Assembly (NCBI GenBank): GCA_011364925.1
Contig: RDOA01000031.1
Coordinates: forward strand, 1 to 41,143
Source: Promethearchaeota archaeon
GTDB taxonomy: Archaea > Asgardarchaeota > Lokiarchaeia > Sigyniarchaeales > SOKP01
Direction of reading: 5' to 3'
Length of the DNA stretch: 41,143 nucleotides
This document shows positions 19,644 through 27,002 of the stretch, one piece after another. The translations under genes and the position numbers were made by a program. Position 1 is the first letter of the stretch. Every line of letters begins with the position of its first letter. A model generated the notes under the pieces. The model was not told the DNA's origin, did not search any database, and worked only from the letters and a program-made list of their open reading frames with translations.

Positions 19644-20489
19644 ATGGAAACGGATGAGTTCTTAAGGTGTATGTCGTGTGGAAAAAAGATGGAACCAAAC
19701 TCAAAAATGAATCATGGTCAGTGTATGGATTGCACTTTAAAATTAGATTTTCAAATCGAAGAATTACATTACGATGCTATGAAACAGAACCTTAAAAGAA
19801 TATTGGATTTTTTTATTTCTGATGTTAATGCTGCTTTTAATAAAGATCCGGCGGCGCGTACCTTAATCGAAGTATTAACGAGCTATCCTGGTATCAAAGC
19901 AGTACTGCTTTATCGTATAGCTCATTTCTTTTGGAAGCTAGGTGTTCCATTCATTCCAAGATATATATCAGATATTGCAAGAGAACTAACAGCAATTGAT
20001 ATTCATCCTGGAGCTGAAATTGGTAGTGAATTCTTTATTGATCACGGGGCGGGAGTTGTCATTGGGGAAACTAGTGAAATTGGTAACAATGTTACGATGT
20101 ATGCGGGCGTAGTTTTAGGAGGTACGAAATTGGAACAAACAAAAAGACATCCAACCATTGGTAACAATGTCGTTATAGGAACAGGAGCAAAAATCCTAGG
20201 ACCTGTTATAATTGGAGACGATGTTCGAGTAGGAGCTAACTCTGTTGTAGTTAATGATGTCCCTCCTCATTGCGTTGTTGTTGGTGTTCCCGCAAAAATT
20301 GTTTCTAAAAAGGGGGAAAGAATAGAAAGAGTAGATTTACGACACGGTGATCTTCCAGATCCAATTTCGATTGCTATTTCTCGTTTAGATAAGAGAATAA
20401 AAGAATTAGAAGCACAATTTCCAGATTTAAAGAAAAATGAAGATGATGATATAGAAATTTTTTATGGAGAATTTGGAAGTGGAATTTAA
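19644..20489 (+). CDS. cysE: Serine O-acetyltransferase with N-terminal Cys-rich extension
   Basis: DPAAR, YPG, IDIHPGA, FIDHGAGVVIGET, KRHPTIG and VGVPAK hexapeptide motifs; AGGAG upstream; paired with cysK. Confidence 0.95.
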   Translation: METDEFLRCMSCGKKMEPNSKMNHGQCMDCTLKLDFQIEELHYDAMKQNLKRILDFFISDVNAAFNKDPAARTLIEVLTSYPGIKAVLLYRIAHFFWKLGVPFIPRYISDIARELTAIDIHPGAEIGSEFFIDHGAGVVIGETSEIGNNVTMYAGVVLGGTKLEQTKRHPTIGNNVVIGTGAKILGPVIIGDDVRVGANSVVVNDVPPHCVVVGVPAKIVSKKGERIERVDLRHGDLPDPISIAISRLDKRIKELEAQFPDLKKNEDDDIEIFYGEFGSGI

Positions 20490-20510
20490 AAATGTACCAG
20501 AGGTAAGGAA

Positions 20511-21440
20511 ATGAAGTATTTCTATAATAATATACTTGAAACAATTGGTAAAACTCCGTTAGTTAAATTAAATCGAATTACTGAAGGTGCCAAACCGAAC
20601 ATTCTTGTGAAACTAGAATCGTTTAATCCTGGTGGTAGCGTTAAAGATAGAATCGCGTTGAGTATGATAGTTAAAGCTGAAGAAGAGAATCTTATTGACA
20701 AAAATACAGTGATCGTGGAACCGACTTCCGGAAACACAGGAATTGGTTTAGCACTTGTCTGCGCTGCGAAAGGATATAAACTAATTTTAACGATGCCCGA
20801 AAGTGTTTCAGTTGAAAGACGACAGATACTCAAAGCCTATGGCGCTGAAGTAGTTCTTACGCCTAAAGAAGAAGGTATGAAGGGAGCAATTACAAAGGCA
20901 GAAGAAATTTCGAAAGAGCGAGGTAAAACATTTATTCCCCAACAATTTAAAAACATTGCAAACCCTGAAATCCACCGCAGAACAACCGCGAAAGAAATTT
21001 TTAACGATTTAGAAGGTCAAGTTGATGGGTTTGTAGCGGGAGTTGGCACTGGTGGAACGATAACAGGAGTGGGAGAAGTTTTAAAAGATAGAGTTGGACC
21101 AAGAATGAAAATTTACGCTGTAGAACCTGTAGAATCTGCTATATTGTCTGGTGGAGAACCCGGACCACATAAGATTCAAGGTATCGGGGCAGGTTTTATA
21201 CCAGATGTTCTCAATACTGAAATATACAATAAGGTTATCACTGTAAAATACGAAGATGCAGTCGCTACAGCAAGAAAATTAGCAAGATCCGAAGGAATAT
21301 TTGTTGGGATTTCTGCCGGAGCTTGTGCATGGGCTACTATTAATGTAGCGTCGAAAGATTTTGAAAAGGGAGATAACCTTGTTGCTCTACTACCTGATGG
21401 TGGAGAAAAATACCTTTCAACTGATTTGTTCCAATTTTAA
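20511..21440 (+). CDS. cysK: Cysteine synthase A (O-acetylserine sulfhydrylase)
   Basis: IGKTPLV, FNPGGSVKDR (PLP lysine), EPTSGNTG, GVGTGGT, PHKIQGIGAGFIP, KYLST. Confidence 0.96.
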   Translation: MKYFYNNILETIGKTPLVKLNRITEGAKPNILVKLESFNPGGSVKDRIALSMIVKAEEENLIDKNTVIVEPTSGNTGIGLALVCAAKGYKLILTMPESVSVERRQILKAYGAEVVLTPKEEGMKGAITKAEEISKERGKTFIPQQFKNIANPEIHRRTTAKEIFNDLEGQVDGFVAGVGTGGTITGVGEVLKDRVGPRMKIYAVEPVESAILSGGEPGPHKIQGIGAGFIPDVLNTEIYNKVITVKYEDAVATARKLARSEGIFVGISAGACAWATINVASKDFEKGDNLVALLPDGGEKYLSTDLFQF

Positions 21441-21455
21441 AGAAGAGAGGATTTC

Positions 21456-22346
21456 TTAGACTTGTATCCCATCCAATAATAGTAAATTATAGATTTTCTG
21501 CCAATAGTCTTTTATGTTCCAATCTTTTTTCTTTTTTATTTCTTCAGATAAAGCCATAAAAATGCCCTTTATGCTAATTGTATGAAAATAATTGATCGAA
21601 GGAGCGATAAGGGCAATCATGTATTGTTTTTCTCCAAACCTTTCGTTTTCATCAGGATAAGAATCGAAAAAGAGATAACCACGAGTGTTCAAGTTTTTTA
21701 TTTCTAATAAAACACCCTCAGCCTTGGTAATCTTATCGTTCCCATATATTGAAGTCGCTACCGTAAATAACTGATTTACAATACTATCTAAAGAAATCGG
21801 GAACAAACTTTCTTCGGGGTAATATTTGTATAATTCTGGACCATATTTATCATCCCAAAAAGCAAGAAATAGGCAGAGAAAAAAATCATAGGAACCACTC
21901 TCCGATTCCATTTCTATATTTAAGGATGTAAAAGAGTCCTCAATTTTACTATTTAATTCCTTTATTCTTCTATTATGAGTAATTCGTCCTGCTAATGTTG
22001 CAAGTAATTCTTTCTCGTTGAATGGTTTGGTTAAATAATCGTCTACACCTAGCGATTTTCCAAATCTTATGTCTTCATAAGTAGTTTTGGCAGTAAGAAA
22101 AAGAAAAGGAATCCTATTCCAGCGAGGGTTGTTTGAAATTTCTTTAAAAAACTTATAACCATCCATTACAGGCATCATTATGTCGCTTATAATTAATTCC
22201 GGAACTTCTTCAAGACGAGATAGAACTTTTAGAGCCTCTTTTCCATTTTTTGCAGTTAAAGCCTTATAGTTATTAGATTCTAATAATAAGTTTATAGCGT
22301 ATAATAAATCAACATTATCTTCAACTACAAGAATCTGAGGCTTCAA
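21456..22346 (-). CDS. Response regulator: receiver domain plus uDENN/longin-like output domain
   Basis: Intact REC (VVED, phosphoacceptor D55 in IISDIMMPVMDG, FLTAK, TKPF). The C-terminal domain starts LFLAFWDDKYGPELYKYYP and contains DENERFGEKQYMIALI. The REC call is secure; the longin call is by motif resemblance. Confidence 0.85.
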   Translation of the reverse strand: MKPQILVVEDNVDLLYAINLLLESNNYKALTAKNGKEALKVLSRLEEVPELIISDIMMPVMDGYKFFKEISNNPRWNRIPFLFLTAKTTYEDIRFGKSLGVDDYLTKPFNEKELLATLAGRITHNRRIKELNSKIEDSFTSLNIEMESESGSYDFFLCLFLAFWDDKYGPELYKYYPEESLFPISLDSIVNQLFTVATSIYGNDKITKAEGVLLEIKNLNTRGYLFFDSYPDENERFGEKQYMIALIAPSINYFHTISIKGIFMALSEEIKKKKDWNIKDYWQKIYNLLLLDGIQV

Positions 22347-22397
22347 GATAAATCCAATTGAATATTAATTTAAAATTCTTTTACAATAGAATTAGGG

Positions 22398-25022
22398 TTA
22401 ACTATTATATATTTCTTTTTCAATTCTTGGAAGAAAAATGTAAAAAGATGTTCCATGACCATATTCGCTCTCGACATACACTTCTCCAGAGTGGAGTTTT
22501 ATCAATTCTTTCGCAATAGACAAACCTAATCCTGTTCCCGGAATATCAATGACTTCTTCTGACCTAAAAAATCTTTGGAAAATCATTGAAATATCTTTTT
22601 CTGAAATCCCTATCCCCTCATCTTTAATTTGGAATAAAACTCCGTCTCTATCATGTGTGTTATATTTCCCCTTATAATGATCGATTGCTTTGATCTCAAT
22701 GACATTCTGTTTTCTTGAATACTTTATCGCATTGTTAATAAAAATGCGAAATATTTGATCTATCTTTTTACCATCCCCGTACAGTTTAATTTCTTCGCTA
22801 ATATCTCTTATAAAAATTATATCCTTCTCTTTTCCAATTGGTTCCATTAATGTTAAAATATCATCAATAATGATCGATGGTTTATATTCGACCCATATTA
22901 ACTTAGCCTTTCCTTCGTCGATTCTAGACAGGGTTAAAATGTCTTCAATTAAATCTTTTAAGAGATAAATGTTCCTTGAAATTCCCTCCCTCAATTTCCT
23001 TTCCACTTCTGGATTAATATTATCTTTGTGGTTCTCTAGGAACTCAATCGACATTGTCAAAACGCTTACAGGTGTTCTTAGCTCGTGAGATACAGTAGAA
23101 ACAAACCGTTCTAATCTTTCTTCCGCTTCTTTTTTGGCAGTTATTTCCAATCCATAAATATTTGCATACCCTTTTCCCGGGATAGGAACAATAAATAGAT
23201 TAAAAACTCGCTTTTTAAGCTCTACATCTATTTCAATATTATTTCCCTTAGAATATGCCTCATTGACTGATTCCATAAGAATTTCTGGGATTTTACTGCC
23301 CTCTTTTATGTCAAACAGATCTTGACTCGAAGCGTTCGCGATCAGAACATACTTATCACTCACTCTAAAGATAGGATTTGGGTTTTCCATAGGGAACTTT
23401 GCCATATCAGCAATTTTTTCTTGAGCTAATTTTTGAGCACTAATGTCTGTTATAAAAGCCATGGCACCTTTAAATGTACCATTCGTATCAAGAATAGGAG
23501 AGGTTCTTAAAGTTGTAAATACTTTTCTCCCAGATTTGTGTATAAATTCAAACTCGAGATCTTCTTTTATTCCCCGTTTGCGTCGTTCAAGATTTATTTC
23601 TGCCATCTTTTTCCCCTCGTCGTCTACAAACTCATAAAGATTTGAACCCATCATCTCACTAATCTCGTAGCCAAGCATATTTGCCATGCTTTGATTTACG
23701 AAAGAAGTGTTGGCCTCATCATCAATTACCCATATGCCTTCCAAAGAATCTTCCACGAGCATTCTATATTTTTCTTCAGACTCCTTCAATACTGTTTCAA
23801 ATTTACTGTGTTCAGTAATGTCAGTAAAGTTTTGAATTATCCCTATAAGTTCTCCTTTCACATTTCTATATGGCACTGATCGCACAAGACTTACGATTTG
23901 TCTATTATCTTTCAGTTTTGATGTCATCTCATGCTCGTAATGATTAACTCCTCTTTTTATTTGCTTCATTGAACAAATTTCGGTATTACATCGATGACCC
24001 AAATAATTAAACTCCGGATCGTTACACTTTTTGCCTAATATATCTCCCTCAGAAATTTGGAAAAGTTCAGAATAAGTTTTATTAATCCGTATAACCTCAC
24101 AATCTTTCCTTATTATTCTCATTGGTAAAGAAGCGTCAAAAATTTGCCCAAATTCAGAATACATTTGTTCTAAGTCAGTTGCTCTACTTCTTAATGTATC
24201 GTCGCTTAACTTCAACTTCCTAAGGAGTAAACCGAATGGATATTTTAAACCAATCTGTATTATCGCTTTGTACATCAGGAAAAAGGCTATTATTTTTAAG
24301 ATATGACCAATAAAATTAGAAATATCAAATACTCCTACATAAAAAGTAAATGCTAATTCTGAAACTATAGTTACGCTAATTGAGGCTATGATTAAATGAA
24401 ATATTTTTGTGTCAAACTCACTTCGAAACTTATATAAAACTCCTATAGAAGCAAACAGTATCAAAATAATTATGTATTCACTAATAATTTTAAATGGCGT
24501 TTGATACCCGATCCCACCCCCAATTTCGACGTAACAGACTGGAAAAATACCGAAAAAGATGGTTAGAAAAAGAATCGAACTGATTAATATTCCACCGACC
24601 ATTAAGTAACTCGCTTTAACTTTTTTATTTATTACGAGTGAACCAAAAAGGTAAGAAAGTGATTGCCAATATCTTGCAGCGATCCACAATTGAGTTGGGA
24701 GGTTTGCATCGTAACCAATAAAAATAGCCATATCGGAGTAAGATAATGTATGGAGTAAATCTATTACGCCTACAAAAAGGAATGAAGTACCGACAATTAG
24801 AAAAAATGAACTATTCATATACTTTCGAGAATTCCAACCAATAAAAAAAATCCCTCCTGAAATTACAACACTAATTATTTCAGCAATAGAATGAAACAGA
24901 AGAAAACTATAGAATCTAAGTAAGATTGTAAGGACTAATCCTATACTAAAAATAATATATTCAAGTATCTCACGATAACCTTTTAACTTGATATTATTTG
25001 AATCTAAAGATTGATCTAACAG
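22398..25022 (-). CDS. MASE3-PAS membrane sensor histidine kinase
   Basis: MASE3 motifs (LLFHSIAE, DLLHTLSY, NLPTQLWIAARY, SELAFTFY, GHILK); 2-3 PAS units; SHELRTPV; NAIKY, DEGIG, GTGLGL. The frame is open upstream of the ORF-track ATG (24818) to a TAA at 25028-25026; the likely start is CTG at 25022. Confidence 0.9.
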   Translation of the reverse strand: MLDQSLDSNNIKLKGYREILEYIIFSIGLVLTILLRFYSFLLFHSIAEIISVVISGGIFFIGWNSRKYMNSSFFLIVGTSFLFVGVIDLLHTLSYSDMAIFIGYDANLPTQLWIAARYWQSLSYLFGSLVINKKVKASYLMVGGILISSILFLTIFFGIFPVCYVEIGGGIGYQTPFKIISEYIIILILFASIGVLYKFRSEFDTKIFHLIIASISVTIVSELAFTFYVGVFDISNFIGHILKIIAFFLMYKAIIQIGLKYPFGLLLRKLKLSDDTLRSRATDLEQMYSEFGQIFDASLPMRIIRKDCEVIRINKTYSELFQISEGDILGKKCNDPEFNYLGHRCNTEICSMKQIKRGVNHYEHEMTSKLKDNRQIVSLVRSVPYRNVKGELIGIIQNFTDITEHSKFETVLKESEEKYRMLVEDSLEGIWVIDDEANTSFVNQSMANMLGYEISEMMGSNLYEFVDDEGKKMAEINLERRKRGIKEDLEFEFIHKSGRKVFTTLRTSPILDTNGTFKGAMAFITDISAQKLAQEKIADMAKFPMENPNPIFRVSDKYVLIANASSQDLFDIKEGSKIPEILMESVNEAYSKGNNIEIDVELKKRVFNLFIVPIPGKGYANIYGLEITAKKEAEERLERFVSTVSHELRTPVSVLTMSIEFLENHKDNINPEVERKLREGISRNIYLLKDLIEDILTLSRIDEGKAKLIWVEYKPSIIIDDILTLMEPIGKEKDIIFIRDISEEIKLYGDGKKIDQIFRIFINNAIKYSRKQNVIEIKAIDHYKGKYNTHDRDGVLFQIKDEGIGISEKDISMIFQRFFRSEEVIDIPGTGLGLSIAKELIKLHSGEVYVESEYGHGTSFYIFLPRIEKEIYNS

Positions 25023-25048
25023 GCTTTATCAATTCCTTTTTTTATTTT

Positions 25049-25588
25049 TCATATAGCGGACTTCTGAAAAATGGTATAGATCGAGGTTTTAAAGATTCGG
25101 TAAGGAATGTCGTTGGGTATCAACTTTTTTATTTCACTTACTAAGAATTGGATCATCCCTTTATTAATATCTTTTTTTATAAAATCTAAGTCTGGATCAT
25201 ATTTATGAAGAAATACTGAAAAATCAAGGGCAATCTTGAATTTCCTTAGTAATTTGATGATCTCAGCAAGATATTCTAAAGCAATATTATAACGATCTCT
25301 ATCCTGCACATCTAAAACAAAAATTAGTTTACTCGCACCTTGAAGGTGATCGTAAAAATTGGTGAGATATTCTTCCCGAAACCGCTCTTGACCCCCAAAA
25401 TCCCATATACTAAATGTTGAGCCTAAGGTTCGAAATTTGTTAATTTCAAAATTCCTCGTTGGTGTAATAGAACTAAATGAAGAAAGATTTTTCACTCCTT
25501 TTAGACACATCACTATAGAAGTTTTTCCGCTGTTGTCCAACCCCATTATAATTATTTTTTTCGTATTTTTAGAATCCTTTTTCTGCAT
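25049..25588 (-). CDS. Small GTPase, Arf/Rag-like
   Basis: G1 GLDNSGKTS, G2 PT, G3 WDFGGQ, G4 HKYD, G5 TSIY. HKxD and TSI match Rag/Gtr-type rather than NKxD/SAK-type motifs. Confidence 0.9.
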   Translation of the reverse strand: MQKKDSKNTKKIIIMGLDNSGKTSIVMCLKGVKNLSSFSSITPTRNFEINKFRTLGSTFSIWDFGGQERFREEYLTNFYDHLQGASKLIFVLDVQDRDRYNIALEYLAEIIKLLRKFKIALDFSVFLHKYDPDLDFIKKDINKGMIQFLVSEIKKLIPNDIPYRIFKTSIYTIFQKSAI

Positions 25589-25619
25589 ATCTTAAGTCTA
25601 ATAAAAATCCTCCTATAAA

Positions 25620-25931
25620 TTACAAGAGCGTGTCTATTACATCGTTATTACTCATAGAGTCAATAAATGACTTAATATCAATTAGAATTTTAAAGATTTC
25701 TACATTTTTAATCTCATAATACTTAACATTATCCTTTCTTTCAAATTTGATGATGTTACTATTGGTTAAAACTTTTAAGTGTTGAGAAATAGTAGATTGA
25801 GATTTCTCTAAGGCAGATTGAATTTGAGCCGAAGTTTTACTCTCATTATTTATCAAATCTAAGATCTCTAATCGAGTTTGGTCAGCTAAAACTTTCAAAA
25901 ACTCAATAAGATCGTTTCTAAATTCGCTCAT
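25620..25931 (-). CDS. ArsR/SmtB-family transcriptional regulator
   Basis: LKVLADQTRLEILDLI...SQSTISQHLKVL...IIKFERKDNVKYY winged HTH; contains no Cys. Confidence 0.9.
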   Translation of the reverse strand: MSEFRNDLIEFLKVLADQTRLEILDLINNESKTSAQIQSALEKSQSTISQHLKVLTNSNIIKFERKDNVKYYEIKNVEIFKILIDIKSFIDSMSNNDVIDTLL

Positions 25932-26030
25932 AAATCCTATCCAGCAGTATTTTAAGAATATTGGGTATACTTGCTTTTAAATCTACTTTTAATTATTTAT
26001 TAAATATTAGTATTTAAATATAAGATCACC

Positions 26031-26048
26031 GCAATATTTATATATTGC
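26031..26048. promoter_or_regulatory. Inverted repeat GCAATAT-N4-ATATTGC overlapping a TATA-like box; candidate operator
   Basis: Perfect 7-bp arms; contains TTTATATA (26037-26044); lies between the divergent ArsR and Lrp genes. Confidence 0.5.
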
Positions 26049-26096
26049 CATATCGTTATTAATGAATAAGGATGAATAATTTTTAGAAGATGAAAT

Positions 26097-26618
26097 TTGA
26101 TGGAGAGTAAAGTTTTCAAAATTGACGATATCGATAGGAATATAATCGAAATAATTCAAAAAGATCCGCTGCTTACCCATACTGAGATCGCTAAAAAAGT
26201 TAATCGAAGCCAACCCACTATTGGGATGAGAATACGCAAACTCGAAAAATCGGGAGTTTTGAAGTTTCAAGCAGGAATTAATGTAAAAACTATAGATTTA
26301 ATCCTTGCGAGAGTAGAAATTCAAACTTTAAAACCAGATGCAATTATAAAGTTAGTGAAAAATTGCCCTTATATGTTAAATGCTTTTCGATTAAGTGGAT
26401 CGTCAAACCTTAGCATTATGATTGTCAGTGATAAACTGGCACACCTCGATGAAATCGTCAATCATCACTTTAGGAAAGATCCTAATATTTCCGAAGTATA
26501 TATGGACATAGTAACTGATGTAATAAACGATTTCGTAATACCATTCGATTTTAATTTCGAAACTTGTGGGTTAACAGAATCGGGTCAATGCTGTGGAAAG
26601 TGTTTTGCCCAATCGTAA
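26097..26618 (+). CDS. Lrp/AsnC-family transcriptional regulator with Cys-rich tail
   Basis: IDDIDRNIIEIIQKDP..THTEIAKKVNRSQPTIGMRIRKLEKSGVL HTH; RAM-like domain (AFRLSG); tail TCG...QCCGKC. Start TTG 26097 or ATG 26100. Confidence 0.9.
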   Translation: MMESKVFKIDDIDRNIIEIIQKDPLLTHTEIAKKVNRSQPTIGMRIRKLEKSGVLKFQAGINVKTIDLILARVEIQTLKPDAIIKLVKNCPYMLNAFRLSGSSNLSIMIVSDKLAHLDEIVNHHFRKDPNISEVYMDIVTDVINDFVIPFDFNFETCGLTESGQCCGKCFAQS

Positions 26619-26785
26619 ACTATCTTTTTCTTTATGTTTTTTAATTACATTTCAAATTTTTTTAAAATTGTTTCACATTTTTGGAGAAGAGTGAATAGAT
26701 TTAGAAATATCTCAATTAAGAAATGTCTATTGTTCTTAACTACAATACTCGATGAGTTAATCGAAATTTTGAAAAAAACAATTAG

Positions 26786-26892
26786 AGCCAGCGGTGGGAT
26801 TTGCACCCACGATGCTGAAAGCAATGGCTCTGCAGGCCACCTCCTTAACTATTACCGTAATAGGATAAATCCCTTATCTCGGATACGCTGGC
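26786..26892 (-). tRNA. tRNA-Cys(GCA), atypical: long variable arm and ~24-nt D-loop insertion or intron
   Basis: Acceptor stem GCCAGCG/CGCTGGC with U73; anticodon arm GTGGC-CT GCA GA-GCCAT; T arm GTGGG-TGCAAAT-CCCAC; D stem TCCG/AGGA; CCA not encoded; divergent from cysS. Confidence 0.88.
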
Positions 26893-27002
26893 AGAAAATT
26901 TAATCGTACTGTTATTTAAGTTATATTATATTATTATAAGGTTAAAGATTAATTTTATTAAAATTTATTTTTATCATAATAAATCTTTGGTGAATCAATC
27001 TC

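Noticed and set aside
26786-26892. tRNA-Sec or an 8/4 selC-like tRNA
   Set aside because: The anticodon is GCA rather than UCA, the acceptor/T stems are 7/5, and the discriminator is U.
26634-26903. 89-aa plus-strand ORF
   Set aside because: Antisense to the tRNA gene, with no recognisable protein features.
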